Positions 9,387 through 19,775 of a stretch of 64,000 nt of DNA are shown here, in pieces; positions within the stretch are counted from its first letter, which is position 1, and every line of letters begins with the position of its first letter. This stretch comes from Bacteroidales bacterium (GTDB lineage Bacteria; Bacteroidota; Bacteroidia; Bacteroidales; UBA932). The notes under the pieces were generated by a model. It did no database searches and was not told the origin of the DNA. It saw nothing but the letters and a program-made list of their open reading frames with translations. The position numbers and the translations under genes are program-made. The stretch lies in NCBI GenBank assembly GCA_016290415.1, contig JAEETP010000002.1:6949-70948 (forward strand), in the 5' to 3' direction.

Positions 9387-11408
9387 ATGTCTCAGGAGAA
9401 CCGACGATACGTAGAGGTGATAGTGCCGCTGAAATTCTGCGGCGGAATCACTTATTACTATGTCCCTGAGGATATTACCGAACCCGTTGAGACGGGCAGC
9501 TGGGTTGTGGTGACCCTGGTTGGCAGGCGCTATCTGGCGGTGGTTCGCCGCGCTGGCTGTCCCCTGCCCGAAGCTCTGTCAGAAAGCAAGATTCTCCCGA
9601 TAGAAAAAATCGCCAGCCTGAAGCCGCTGCCGCCCGTCCAAATAGAGCTCTGGCAGATGATTGCCGACTACTATCTCTGCAGCCTCGGAGAGGTTTTCAA
9701 GAGCGCCTACCCCGCCGCGTTTTTCCATCAGAGCGAGAAAAAACGCACTGTGAACCGGCCGGTGAAGGCCGCCGTGGCCAAGGAAGAGAAAGCCCTCTCG
9801 CAAGAGCAGCAGAAGGCGTTGGAAACCATTCTGGAGCACTACCGCAAAGGCAAAAAGACCGTTCTGCTCTGGGGTGCGACCTCCTCCGGCAAAACCGAAA
9901 TCTACATAAAACTGGCCCGGCAATATCTGGTCCAGGGACGCAGCGTGCTCTATCTGGTGCCCGAGATAGCGATGTCCCGCCAGCTGGAGCAGCGTCTTAC
10001 CGACGCCCTTGGCGACAAAGTGCTGGTTTTCCACTCCAGACAAACCGTCCCTGCCCGCAAGAAAGTCTTTGACAAGCTGATTTCCGGACAGGGCAACTAT
10101 CTGGTGCTGGGAACCCGCAGCGCGCTGTTCCTGCCCATAGTGAACCTGGGGTTCATAATTGTGGACGAAGAGCACGACAGCTCTTACAAGCAGACCGACC
10201 CGGCACCCCGCTACAACGGCCGCGACGCCGCGCTGATGATGGCCTCGAAGCTGGGCGTGCGCACCCTGCTGGGCAGCGCCACACCCTCTATGGAATCGCT
10301 CTACAATGTCTCGGAAGGCAAATACGGCCTGGCGGAGCTGCGCACCAAATATTTCGGCGCCGGCGACGCTCCGGTCAAGCTGATAGATATGGGCAAGGTG
10401 TATGCTATGCACAACGCCCGTGGCTCTTTCTCAATGCAGCTGATAAACCTGATCTCAGAGCAACTCAAGAATCACCGGCAGGTGATGGTATTCCGCTCCA
10501 GGCGCTCTTACAGCTCTTTTTTGCAATGCGACTCCTGCGGCGAAACCCTGCGCTGCCCCCAGTGCAACGTGAGCCTGACCTACCACAAATTCAACGACAC
10601 CGTCAGCTGTCACTACTGCGGCTGGAAGGCCAGGTTTGACCCCTTGTGTCACCACTGCGGCAAGGGGACCTACACCGCCAAGGGGGCAGGCACAGAAAGG
10701 CTGGCAGAAGAGCTGCAGGAAATATTTCCCGATGCCCGCATAGCCCGTTTTGACGCCGAAACCGCCGCCACCCTCACTGCAGAGAAATCAATCCTGAACG
10801 ACTTTGCAGCCGGCAATACCGACATACTTGTGGGCACCCAGATGATAACCAAGGGCTTCGACTTTGAAAACCTATCGCTGGTGGCCGTGATCAGTGCCGA
10901 CTCGATACTCTCCCTGCAGGATTTCCGGGCCGACGAAAAGGCGCTGCAGTTGCTCACCCAACTTCGCGGCCGCGTCTCCCGCCGCGAAGGCACCGGCCAG
11001 ATGGTGATCCAGGCCTTTGACACCTCCCACCCCGTGCTGGCCGCGCTGGCATCGGAAGACAAACTCCACGCCTTCACAGATGACCTGCTGGCCCAGCGCC
11101 AATTGTTCGGCTTCCCGCCCTATGTCAGGATGATTCAGCTGACGCTGAAAGATACCGACCAGGCAAGGCTGCGGCTCACCTGCAGTCTGGTGGCAAGAAG
11201 GCTTGGCAGCGCCGGCCTGAAGGATTATTCTGAGGCCATCACCCCGGCGGTGGACCGCGTGGCGGGAAAATACATCCGCATCATCTGGATCAAGATTCCC
11301 CGCACAGCCAGCGCCCAAAGGCAGAAATCAAAAATTGAGGAGGCCGTGGCACAAGTGCTCACAGCCTCCCCATCTTCCGATATCACTATCGATGTAGATC
11401 CGCTCTAA
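9387..11408 (+). CDS. priA: primosomal replication restart helicase PriA
   Basis: Walker A GATSSGKTE, DEEHD box, and a Cys-rich zinc region (CDSCG...CPQC...CHYCG...CHHCG). Confidence 0.85.
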   Translation: MSQENRRYVEVIVPLKFCGGITYYYVPEDITEPVETGSWVVVTLVGRRYLAVVRRAGCPLPEALSESKILPIEKIASLKPLPPVQIELWQMIADYYLCSLGEVFKSAYPAAFFHQSEKKRTVNRPVKAAVAKEEKALSQEQQKALETILEHYRKGKKTVLLWGATSSGKTEIYIKLARQYLVQGRSVLYLVPEIAMSRQLEQRLTDALGDKVLVFHSRQTVPARKKVFDKLISGQGNYLVLGTRSALFLPIVNLGFIIVDEEHDSSYKQTDPAPRYNGRDAALMMASKLGVRTLLGSATPSMESLYNVSEGKYGLAELRTKYFGAGDAPVKLIDMGKVYAMHNARGSFSMQLINLISEQLKNHRQVMVFRSRRSYSSFLQCDSCGETLRCPQCNVSLTYHKFNDTVSCHYCGWKARFDPLCHHCGKGTYTAKGAGTERLAEELQEIFPDARIARFDAETAATLTAEKSILNDFAAGNTDILVGTQMITKGFDFENLSLVAVISADSILSLQDFRADEKALQLLTQLRGRVSRREGTGQMVIQAFDTSHPVLAALASEDKLHAFTDDLLAQRQLFGFPPYVRMIQLTLKDTDQARLRLTCSLVARRLGSAGLKDYSEAITPAVDRVAGKYIRIIWIKIPRTASAQRQKSKIEEAVAQVLTASPSSDITIDVDPL

Positions 11409-12682
11409 AGCGACAGCAAATATTCCTTGAGGTCGTCGGCGCTGGCGTCCATCATTTTGTAGACGCGCTCTGAATCCATCCTGAGCCGGAGGGCGGTGGG
11501 GATTTCGGGCCAGTGGCCGGTGGCTGCCTCTATCACCTCTCCAAACTTGGCCGGGCTGGCGGTAGAAAGCCAGTATCCGTCTATATCATAGTGCTTTGCA
11601 GCGAGGTAACCGATAGCGCTGTGAGGATCGCTGATATAGCCGTATTTATCTTCTATCTCCCTGATGGCTGCCAGAATCTCTTGGTCAGAAGCGGAGAAAC
11701 CCACCACTTCGCGGCGAAGGGCGCCGATGCTGCCGTAGAGCCACATCATACGCTCATAGTTGCTGGGAGCGCCAACGTCCATTGCGTTGGCCACTGTGCG
11801 GACCGAGGCGCGGGGAAGATAATCGCCGGTGATGAGGAACTCCGGCACCACGTCGTTGGCGTTGGACGCCGCCACAAAGCGCCTTACCGGCATACCCATA
11901 CGGGCCGCCAGCATACCTGCGGTGATGTTGCCGTAGTTGCCGCTGGGCACAACCACGTCGGGAGCGCCGCAATGGGTCTGGCTCCAGATTGCATAAGCCC
12001 AGAAATAGTAGAAGCTCTGCGGAATCCAGCGCAGCAGATTTATGGAATTGGCACTGGTGATGCGCTTGCGGCCGCGAAGGTCGGTGTCGGAAAACATCGT
12101 CTTCACCAGGCGCTGGCAGTCATCAAAATTGCCGCGTACGCGCAGCGGGTGAATGTTGCCGCCCAGGGTGGTCATCTGAGCCTCCTGCAGCGGAGAGACC
12201 TTACCGTCGGGATAGAGAATCACCACGTCCACGCCGGGTACGTTGTAGAAACCGCCTGCCACCGCACTGCCGGTGTCGCCGCTGGTGGCGGTGAGTATAG
12301 TGAGGCCGTCGGTGGTATTGAGTTTGCCGGTCATCTGCCCCATAAACCTCGCGCCGAAATCCTTGAAGGCGAAGGTGGGGCCGTGGAAAAGCTCCAGTGC
12401 AGATTTTCGGGAATCGAACTTGTGGAAACGGATGTCAAAGTCGTAGGCCTTGCGCACTACCTCGTCTATCACATCTGCGGGGACATCGTCAAAGATGACA
12501 CCTGCAAGATAGCCCGCCATATCGGCGTAAGAGCGTCCTGCGAGTTCCTTTACCCGCTCCAGGTCAACCTTGGGGATGCGCTCCGGGACAAAGAGACCGC
12601 CGTCGGGCGCCAGCCCCAGAAAGGCGGCCTGATCCAACGGGAAAAGCTTTTTGGATGTATCCCTTGTGCTGTAGAACTTCAT
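11405..12682 (-). CDS. thrC: threonine synthase
   Basis: 425 aa. PLP-lysine region HGPTFAFKDFG and TSGDTGSA motif. The start overlaps the thrB stop by 1 nt. Confidence 0.85.
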   Translation of the reverse strand: MKFYSTRDTSKKLFPLDQAAFLGLAPDGGLFVPERIPKVDLERVKELAGRSYADMAGYLAGVIFDDVPADVIDEVVRKAYDFDIRFHKFDSRKSALELFHGPTFAFKDFGARFMGQMTGKLNTTDGLTILTATSGDTGSAVAGGFYNVPGVDVVILYPDGKVSPLQEAQMTTLGGNIHPLRVRGNFDDCQRLVKTMFSDTDLRGRKRITSANSINLLRWIPQSFYYFWAYAIWSQTHCGAPDVVVPSGNYGNITAGMLAARMGMPVRRFVAASNANDVVPEFLITGDYLPRASVRTVANAMDVGAPSNYERMMWLYGSIGALRREVVGFSASDQEILAAIREIEDKYGYISDPHSAIGYLAAKHYDIDGYWLSTASPAKFGEVIEAATGHWPEIPTALRLRMDSERVYKMMDASADDLKEYLLSL

Positions 12683-13626
12683 CAGCCTGCGAAGTTATAG
12701 TCCACCAGGGTGCGTGCACCGCGGTTGGAAATCTTGGAAACATAGATATTGGACTCTATGTTGTATTGCAAGAAGTGGGCTTTCATAACCTCTCCCGCCC
12801 TGTCGGCCAGAGTCATACTCTCGCAGAGGGCAAACACAGAAGGACCCGCGCCGGAGATGTTCATTGCCAGCGCACCTACCTCCAGCACCTTCTTGCGGAG
12901 CTCGTCAAACCCGGGAATGAAATGCTTTCGGTAGGGCTCCACCACCACATCCTGCATAGAGCGGCCTATCAGGGCCACATCGCCCTCTGCCAGGCCGGCC
13001 ACCAGACCCGCCACATTGCCCCACTGCTTGACAGCCATACGCAAAGGGATGTCTTTGGGAAGCACTTCGCGGGCCTCGCGGGTAGAGACCATAATCGCGG
13101 GATGGGCCACTGCACAGCAGAAACGGCCGGGAACCGGCAGGCGCACCACGTCCAGCGGGTCGTATCCGCGAAGCAGCACCACGCCGCCCAGGATTGACGG
13201 ACCCACGTTGTCGGCGTGAGGTGTGCCGCCGCTGATCAGTTTCTCCCCTTCCATTGCAAATTCCACCAGCTTCTCATCGGGATAAGGATGGTCCAGAAGC
13301 TCGTTGAGGGCATATACCGCCGCGGCAGAAGAGGCCGCGCTGCTGCCGATGCCGCTGCCGGGGGCAATCTTATGCTCTACGGTGACGGTGATGGACATAG
13401 GCACCCCGTACTCCTTCATAAAGGCACGCACGGCGGGCGTAATCACATTCTGCTCTATGTCTTCGGGCAGTTTCTGCTTGCTGTTGTTGATTATGGTGAG
13501 GCTGTCACCTTCGCCGATTTCCACAGAAAGGACATCGCCTACGGCGTCCAGCGTCATACCCATTATATCGAAGCCGCAGCCCATATTGGCAACGGTTGCA
13601 GGAGCGAATACTCTGATCTTTCTCAT
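12682..13626 (-). CDS. thrB: homoserine kinase (GHMP family)
   Basis: GHMP motif PGSGIGSSAASSAAA and N-terminal VFAPATVANMGCGFD. The start at the ATG 13624-13626 is preferred; the upstream ATG at 13662 is possible. Confidence 0.8.
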   Translation of the reverse strand: MRKIRVFAPATVANMGCGFDIMGMTLDAVGDVLSVEIGEGDSLTIINNSKQKLPEDIEQNVITPAVRAFMKEYGVPMSITVTVEHKIAPGSGIGSSAASSAAAVYALNELLDHPYPDEKLVEFAMEGEKLISGGTPHADNVGPSILGGVVLLRGYDPLDVVRLPVPGRFCCAVAHPAIMVSTREAREVLPKDIPLRMAVKQWGNVAGLVAGLAEGDVALIGRSMQDVVVEPYRKHFIPGFDELRKKVLEVGALAMNISGAGPSVFALCESMTLADRAGEVMKAHFLQYNIESNIYVSKISNRGARTLVDYNFAG

Positions 13627-13686
13627 AGGGGCAAAAGTAGATTTATTTTTCTTCAAATTCAAGAATATCTATACTTTTGCGCTGTT

Positions 13687-14547
13687 ATGAAGAAAAACAC
13701 CGCCATATTGCTTATCCACTGCCCCGACGTGCCGGGCATCATTGCAGAGATTTCAAACTTCATCACTGTAAATAAGGGTAATATCATATATCTGGACCAG
13801 TACGTAGACCACGCCAACAACGCCTTCTTTATGAGGGTCGAGTGGGACATTACCTCTTTCCTGATTCCCAAAGAGCGCATAGGCGAATATTTCGGCACCC
13901 TGTACGGACAGAAATACGATATGCAGTTCCGGCTCTACTTTGCAGAGCAGAAGCCCCGTATGGCCATCTTCGTGAGCAAGATGTCCCACTGCCTGTACGA
14001 TATGCTGGCCCGCTGGAGCGCCGACGAATGGAACGTGGATATACCGTTGATTGTCAGCAACCACGAAGATTTGCGGCCGGTGGCGGAAAAGTTTGGCATC
14101 GCCTACCACGTGTTCAACATCACACCGGAAAACAAGGCGGCCCAGGAGGCGGCCGAGCTGGATTTGCTCAGGAAGAACAATGTGACCTTCATAGTGCTTG
14201 CCCGCTATATGCAGGTCATAAGCGACGAATTCATAAAGGCTTATCCAGACCGGATCATCAATATCCACCACTCCTTCCTGCCCGCATTCGTGGGCGCCAA
14301 GCCCTATCACCAGGCGTTTGACCGCGGCGTGAAAATAATAGGGGCGACCAGCCACTATGTCACAAGCGAACTGGACGCCGGTCCTATCATTGAGCAGGAT
14401 GTCGCACGCATCACCCACAAGGATTCGGTGGAATCCATAATCAGCAAGGGCAAGGATCTGGAAAAGATCGTGCTCTCCCGCGCTGTCTTGAAGCACATAG
14501 ACCGCAAGGTTATGGTCTACAAGAACAAGACGGTGGTATTTGAGTAA
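13687..14547 (+). CDS. purU: formyltetrahydrofolate deformylase
   Basis: The ATG at 13687 gives an ACT-like N-terminus (ILLIHCPDVPGIIAEISNFI) plus a formyltransferase core (NIHHSFLPAFVGAKPY, GATSHYV). The 5' part of the track ORF is antisense to thrB. Confidence 0.85.
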   Translation: MKKNTAILLIHCPDVPGIIAEISNFITVNKGNIIYLDQYVDHANNAFFMRVEWDITSFLIPKERIGEYFGTLYGQKYDMQFRLYFAEQKPRMAIFVSKMSHCLYDMLARWSADEWNVDIPLIVSNHEDLRPVAEKFGIAYHVFNITPENKAAQEAAELDLLRKNNVTFIVLARYMQVISDEFIKAYPDRIINIHHSFLPAFVGAKPYHQAFDRGVKIIGATSHYVTSELDAGPIIEQDVARITHKDSVESIISKGKDLEKIVLSRAVLKHIDRKVMVYKNKTVVFE

Positions 14548-14550
14548 TCC

Positions 14551-16917
14551 CTAGAGTTTTATCTTGACCTCAAGAGGCTGTGCGGTGTCGGGATGACCTG
14601 CGCAGAAGGTCACCGTCTTGCGCTCTTTGTCCCACACGAAATCTTTAATGCGGCGGCCGTCGGCCTTGATGCGGCGGGGCTTGCGCGCCAGGGTCATCTT
14701 GACCTCGTATGTGCGGCTGGTGTGCATTCCCTCATACGAGCCTTCTACCGGATCAACTGCCAGAGTGAGCTTGCGCCCCTTCTTCTCGTAGCTGAAACGG
14801 GTGCGGGCAATGGCTCCGTTTTCGTGTTCGTAGGTGGTGCCATCATCTTCCCAGAAGGTGTACTCGCCCCTGTCGGCCGGCCAGACATTCAATACAATGG
14901 TGTCCAGCGGCTTCTCGCAGGCGTGATTTGCCACGTGCTGGAACGGAATTATAGCGCCGTCCTTTACGAACACGGGGCCGCCGTACTGCGAGTGGTCAAA
15001 CTCGGCCGGGAACGATTCGCCTTTGCTCTCCCTTTTCTCGTTGGTCCAGAAGTCATACCAGGTGCCTTCGGGCAGATATACGGTGTCGCTGAAGACGGTG
15101 ACCAGAAGGCCCTCGCCGTACATATAGGCATTGGCCATATCGTCGCAATTGCGGTCATCAGGGAAAGCCATAGGCATAGGCATCATCACCGGAGTGCCGT
15201 CTACAGTGCCCTTTAGCGCGGCGCTGTAGGTATAAGGAACCATACGGTTGCGCAGCTGCAGATAGTTGCGGTATACCTGCTGCTCGTCCAGAGGCTGATA
15301 CCAGGGCTCCTTGAAGCTATACCAGCTGTTTATCTGCATCCAGGGGAGGAATATGCCCATATGGAGGCCGTCGGTGCTGGCGCCAACGTCGCAGCTGGTG
15401 TTGTTGTAGCCGCTCAGCTGCAGGTTCAGCTGGTCGTAGAGCACCTGCACCCCGCCGCCGCTGTCGCCCGTGGTGGCTGCGGTGTAGTGCTGCGTTCCGG
15501 CAAAGCCACCGCAGTAGTGGTGGAACGAACGGGTGGCGCGGAAGTCACGGTTCATTGCCAGGAACTGCTTGGGCAGCAGCACCTGGTTCACCTCGTGCAT
15601 TTCGGCGTCGGTATAGCCGTTATAGTATTTCCGGTTGGGGTGACGGTCCACTGTCTGGCCGGGGTCAAGCTTGAAGCCGTCCACGCCGTTGCCAAGGAAC
15701 TTTTTCAGATGGTCGAACCAGTTCTCCTGGCCCGAAAGCTTTCCGCCGTTTTCCCTGGCCAGCCGGTCCTCTTCCATAACCGAGAGGTCGGTGTCGATAT
15801 TCAGCCAGAGGCAGATCTTGTAGCCCAGCGCGTGCATACGGGAAATGAAGCTGCCGCCGTGCTCGCCGTTCACTGTTTCGTTTGAATACCAGTAAGGCTG
15901 GCCAGGGAACTTCTTGTAGTCCCATTTCTTTTTGGTGGTCCAGTCGTAGTAGGTCTCCATCCACTGCGGCTCAACCCACATCATATCCATAGGATAGCCC
16001 TGCTCTATGAACTTGACCGCCTCGTTCATAAACACAAAGGCGTCGCTGTTCAGGTGGGGGCCAAAGCAGCATCCGTAGGCCCAGCGGGGCAGCAGGTAGT
16101 TATTACCGGCAATGTCGTGGTAGCGCTGCAGCAGGGTCAGCATATCCCCGCCCGCCATCAGATAGAAATCGGCTCCCTTCACCGAATTGAAGGCCAGCAG
16201 ATTGTCCGGCTCGCTAACGCCGCAGTCCATAAAGCTGATGTTGGTGGTATTGTTCAGGATGGCCCAGCCGCCGGTGTTCATTATGAACGGATTCACATTT
16301 TCCGTATTGGCATATGTGGTGAAGATGCGAAGCACCTCGCCGCGGTGCTGCAGGTGCTTGCGGCTGGTGCTGCCGCCGCCGTAGAGCCGCTCGCCCTCTT
16401 CAAGGGAAAGCCTTATGGCGCTGGTCTTGCTCTTGTCGGTGATATCCACACCCATATCGGTGTTCTGCTCCCAGTGGTCGCTGCCAATGATATTGACGTG
16501 CTCGTTCAGATAGCGGAACTGCTGATTGTAGCTGTCGGCATACACGCCCATCCGCGGGGCCTTGCTGTCGAGGTATTCGATGGACTTGATCAGGACATTG
16601 CCCTCGGCATCGGCCAGCGAGGCCACTCCGGTGGCATTATTCACCGAAAGGGCATACTTTGCCGTTTTAATGATCACCTTCCCGGCGTCGCCTTCCATCT
16701 TGGCCCCGACATCATCCCAACTGTCGCGGAAGATGCCGTAGCGGATCATTATCGACTCCGGAAACAATCCATTTTCTGAAACTTGAATCCTGAAAATGTC
16801 ATCCCGGCAAGCCTGGACGCGCATTGTAGCTCCGGTGGCGAGCTGAATGTCAAACGATTGTGCAAAGGCCTGCGCCGCCGCCAGCAGCGCTGCCGCGATA
16901 AGAGCTATCTTTTTCAT
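14551..16917 (-). CDS. exported clan GH-D glycoside hydrolase, GH31-like
   Basis: Signal peptide MKKIALIAAALLAAAQAFA. 788 aa. TIM-barrel region with ICLWLNIDTD and GVDGFKLDPGQ, resembling GH31 catalytic segments. The family assignment is tentative. Confidence 0.6.
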   Translation of the reverse strand: MKKIALIAAALLAAAQAFAQSFDIQLATGATMRVQACRDDIFRIQVSENGLFPESIMIRYGIFRDSWDDVGAKMEGDAGKVIIKTAKYALSVNNATGVASLADAEGNVLIKSIEYLDSKAPRMGVYADSYNQQFRYLNEHVNIIGSDHWEQNTDMGVDITDKSKTSAIRLSLEEGERLYGGGSTSRKHLQHRGEVLRIFTTYANTENVNPFIMNTGGWAILNNTTNISFMDCGVSEPDNLLAFNSVKGADFYLMAGGDMLTLLQRYHDIAGNNYLLPRWAYGCCFGPHLNSDAFVFMNEAVKFIEQGYPMDMMWVEPQWMETYYDWTTKKKWDYKKFPGQPYWYSNETVNGEHGGSFISRMHALGYKICLWLNIDTDLSVMEEDRLARENGGKLSGQENWFDHLKKFLGNGVDGFKLDPGQTVDRHPNRKYYNGYTDAEMHEVNQVLLPKQFLAMNRDFRATRSFHHYCGGFAGTQHYTAATTGDSGGGVQVLYDQLNLQLSGYNNTSCDVGASTDGLHMGIFLPWMQINSWYSFKEPWYQPLDEQQVYRNYLQLRNRMVPYTYSAALKGTVDGTPVMMPMPMAFPDDRNCDDMANAYMYGEGLLVTVFSDTVYLPEGTWYDFWTNEKRESKGESFPAEFDHSQYGGPVFVKDGAIIPFQHVANHACEKPLDTIVLNVWPADRGEYTFWEDDGTTYEHENGAIARTRFSYEKKGRKLTLAVDPVEGSYEGMHTSRTYEVKMTLARKPRRIKADGRRIKDFVWDKERKTVTFCAGHPDTAQPLEVKIKL

Positions 16918-16927
16918 AGTTATGGTT

Positions 16928-17371
16928 TTATGCGAGGAGTTTGCGAACCAGTGCGCTGATCACTTTGCCGTCTGCCTGGCCTGCCAGGGCTTTGGTAGCG
17001 GTGCCCATCACCTTGCCCATATCGGCCATAGAGGTGGCTCCCACCTGGGCAATAATTCCCTTCAGGGCCTCTTCTATCTCAGCCTCGGAGAGTTGCTTGG
17101 GGAGATACCGCTCCATCACGGCCACCTCTGCAAGCTCGTTGTCTGCCAGTTCGGGACGATTCTGCTGGGAATAGATTTCGGCGCTTTCTTTGCGCTGCTT
17201 TACCAGCTTCTGAATTATCTTCACTATTTCGGCGTCATCCACCGGCTTGCCGTTTTCGGCAGTTTTGGCCAGCAGAATAGCGGCCTTGATGGCGCGCACC
17301 GATGCCAGCGCCACACTGTCCTTGGCCAGCATAGCGGCCTTTATGTCCTGTTGAATTATATCTTCCAGCAT
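16928..17371 (-). CDS. GatB/YqeY domain-containing protein
   Basis: 147 aa. MLEDIIQQDIKAAMLAKD...RKESAEIY...AELAVMERYLP is the standard YqeY pattern. Confidence 0.8.
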   Translation of the reverse strand: MLEDIIQQDIKAAMLAKDSVALASVRAIKAAILLAKTAENGKPVDDAEIVKIIQKLVKQRKESAEIYSQQNRPELADNELAEVAVMERYLPKQLSEAEIEEALKGIIAQVGATSMADMGKVMGTATKALAGQADGKVISALVRKLLA

Positions 17372-17414
17372 AAGATTATGGTTTAATTGTCTTGTAAAGA
17401 TAGTGATTATTCCG

Positions 17415-18056
17415 CTAAATGGGCAGCAGCACGAATACCAGCAAATCCCAGAGGGCGTGGCTGATAATCAGGGCCGGCAGTGCCTTGGGGCAAATGCGGT
17501 AGATGAAGCCCCACACCAGGCCCGCCACCAGCGCCGCCATAATCAGCATAAAATTGAACGACCAGATGTGCACCAGGGCATAAATGGCCGCGGTGGCAAT
17601 GAAGGCACAGTCGGCGGCCCGTTTGCCGGCAAACAGCTTTGTGAAGGTCTTCTGCACATAGCCGCGCCAGAAAAACTCCTCCGCCGGGCCAATCAGCACC
17701 AGCAGCAGAAGCCCTATGAGCCACACCGGCAGTCCGGTTTTCATAGAATACACGGCGTCAACCTCCGGACGGGCAAAGGCAAACAGCCACTGGGAGGCCT
17801 TGTCCCCTATCCAGAATATGCCCCACAGCGCAAAGGCGATGGCCACACCGGCCACGATTTGCAGAAGGGGTCGTTCTATCCGGATTTTTCTTTCGTCCTT
17901 GGGGGTGAAAGACACCGCCAGGGTAGTGAGAATCACTGCAGAGCAGCACATCACCAGCCAGAAATTGGGCCGTCCGGCGGTCCAGGGGCTGAACATATAG
18001 AACCACAGCAGGGCTGCAGCCAGTATCGCGACTAAAAGATTGCGGCGGGTTTTCAT
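17415..18056 (-). CDS. CPBP family intramembrane glutamic endopeptidase
   Basis: Multi-pass membrane protein with EEFFWRGY (EExxxR) and later H-containing motifs (YALVH, SHALWD). Confidence 0.75.
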   Translation of the reverse strand: MKTRRNLLVAILAAALLWFYMFSPWTAGRPNFWLVMCCSAVILTTLAVSFTPKDERKIRIERPLLQIVAGVAIAFALWGIFWIGDKASQWLFAFARPEVDAVYSMKTGLPVWLIGLLLLVLIGPAEEFFWRGYVQKTFTKLFAGKRAADCAFIATAAIYALVHIWSFNFMLIMAALVAGLVWGFIYRICPKALPALIISHALWDLLVFVLLPI

Positions 18057-18976
18057 ATAAGACCGGCGATAATCAGGCCCACGGAAAGCAGCAGCGAGAA
18101 CACCATCTGCAGTTTGGCGGAACCCTGGTCCAGGCCGGCCATCGCCTCCAGTCCGTTCTGCTTATATGTAGCCGCCTTTTTCAGATTCTTGAATGCGGGC
18201 ACTGCGGCCAGCAGGCAAAGCAGCGCCAGCGGGTGCATAAGTCCGGCAATCACATAGGCAATTATGCAGACAAACGGCAGCACCATATATGTGCAGTAGA
18301 GCATAGCCGATGCCTTGAGACCGATGAGCATACCAAAGGTTTTGATGCCGGCCTCGCGGTCGCTGTTGGTGTCGTAGGTATTGTTGGCGTGAAGCACAGA
18401 AACGGTGATAATTCCCACGGGAACAGCCAGTATCAGGGCATCGGGACGGAAGGTCCCGGTGAGAGCATAGGCTGCACCCAGCACGGTGAGTACGCCAAAA
18501 ATGATAAAGATGTCAAGGTCGCCTAGGGCGTGATACTTCAGGAAGGAATAAAGCATTGTGAGCAGCACTGCCGCTCCGCCAATAATCAGCAGGCCGGTGC
18601 CGCTGAGCAGGGTCACGGCTATGCCGGCGGCGATGCCAAGGATAAAGAGTATTATGCTGAACCTCAGGTACTCTTTGGGCTCAAACTTTTTGAAAACAAG
18701 ATTGGGCACGGCAAATGCCTTCTCGTTGTCCACACCTGTCTTGTAGTCAAAATAGTCGCTGAGCACATTGCCGGCAGCGTGAAGCAGCATCACGCCCAGC
18801 AGCGAGAGTATCAGCACCAGATAGGGCTTGAACTCACAGGGAATCTCTCCGCGGCTGAAGAGCCATGCGAAAGTAACTATTACGGGCATTGTGGAAACGG
18901 GGAAAGACCAGTATCTGGTCACGGCTAACCATTCTTTAAAACTGTGTTTCATAAACATTTGTTTTAAGCTTTGCAA
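18053..18976 (-). CDS. UbiA-family prenyltransferase, MenA-like
   Basis: Polytopic membrane protein with an NVLSDYFDYKTGVD (NxxxDxxxD) motif. It overlaps the downstream CPBP gene by 4 nt. The MenA assignment is not certain. Confidence 0.7.
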   Translation of the reverse strand: MQSLKQMFMKHSFKEWLAVTRYWSFPVSTMPVIVTFAWLFSRGEIPCEFKPYLVLILSLLGVMLLHAAGNVLSDYFDYKTGVDNEKAFAVPNLVFKKFEPKEYLRFSIILFILGIAAGIAVTLLSGTGLLIIGGAAVLLTMLYSFLKYHALGDLDIFIIFGVLTVLGAAYALTGTFRPDALILAVPVGIITVSVLHANNTYDTNSDREAGIKTFGMLIGLKASAMLYCTYMVLPFVCIIAYVIAGLMHPLALLCLLAAVPAFKNLKKAATYKQNGLEAMAGLDQGSAKLQMVFSLLLSVGLIIAGLI

Positions 18977-18998
18977 AATTAGTTATCTTTGTGTCATT

Positions 18999-19775
18999 AT
19001 GGCAAGATTTTCACTCAAAGATAAGCCGCTGCTGCGCAATTTTATCTGGGGCATCGTGTTTGTGATTGCCCTTGTGTTGCTGCTGCAGCTATTTCTGGCG
19101 CTGTTTACCCGCCACAACAAAGAGCTCACGGTGCCCGACTTCACGGCACTGGATATGACCACCGTACACAAGGTGGCCCGCAACCTGAACCTTCGCGTGG
19201 AGGTGGCCGACAGCGTGTTTGTGAAACATCTGCCTCTGGGCGTGGTATTCTCCCAGAACCCGGTGGCCGGCAGCCGCGTGAAAAAGAACCGCCGCATCTT
19301 CATCACCATTAACTCCACCGTGCCTCGTATGGTGTCGGTGCCTTCTGTAATAGGCTATTCATTGCGGCAGGCGCAGGCAGAACTGGCTGCCAGCGGCCTT
19401 GGTGTGGGCAAGCTGACATACGTGAGCGATATCGCCACCAACAATGTGCTGCGGCAGCAATACAAGGGCAAGGACATCCCCAGCGGCCGCAAGCTGGAAA
19501 CCGAAAGCAAAATTGACCTGGTGCTGGGCCTCAACGAAGAGGACAACACCACCAGCGTGCCCAACGTGAAGGGTTTCACCGGCAGCGTCGCCGCCTCCAA
19601 CATCATAGAGAACTCTTTGAATGTAGGCAAGATGCGCTATGACGACAGCGTGAAAAATTACGCCGACAGTCTGCACGCCGTGGTCTACAGCCAGTCCCCC
19701 GCCGGCGGCACCCCCGCAGGTATGGGACGCAGCGTGGACATCTACCTGACCGTTAATCCCGATAAGATAAAATAG
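18999..19775 (+). CDS. PASTA domain-containing membrane-anchored protein
   Basis: The ATG at 18999 gives an N-terminal TM helix and three PASTA-like repeats (VPDFTALDM..., VSVPSVIGYSLRQAQAEL..., TSVPNVKGFTGSVAA...). The upstream part of the track ORF is antisense to the prenyltransferase gene. Confidence 0.7.
   Translation: MARFSLKDKPLLRNFIWGIVFVIALVLLLQLFLALFTRHNKELTVPDFTALDMTTVHKVARNLNLRVEVADSVFVKHLPLGVVFSQNPVAGSRVKKNRRIFITINSTVPRMVSVPSVIGYSLRQAQAELAASGLGVGKLTYVSDIATNNVLRQQYKGKDIPSGRKLETESKIDLVLGLNEEDNTTSVPNVKGFTGSVAASNIIENSLNVGKMRYDDSVKNYADSLHAVVYSQSPAGGTPAGMGRSVDIYLTVNPDKIK

Noticed and set aside
12682-13686. Absence of thrA next to thrB-thrC as evidence of rearrangement or a pseudogene.
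   Set aside because: Both genes are intact and coupled. A divergent purU with a 60-nt spacer is a normal arrangement, and thrA is probably elsewhere.
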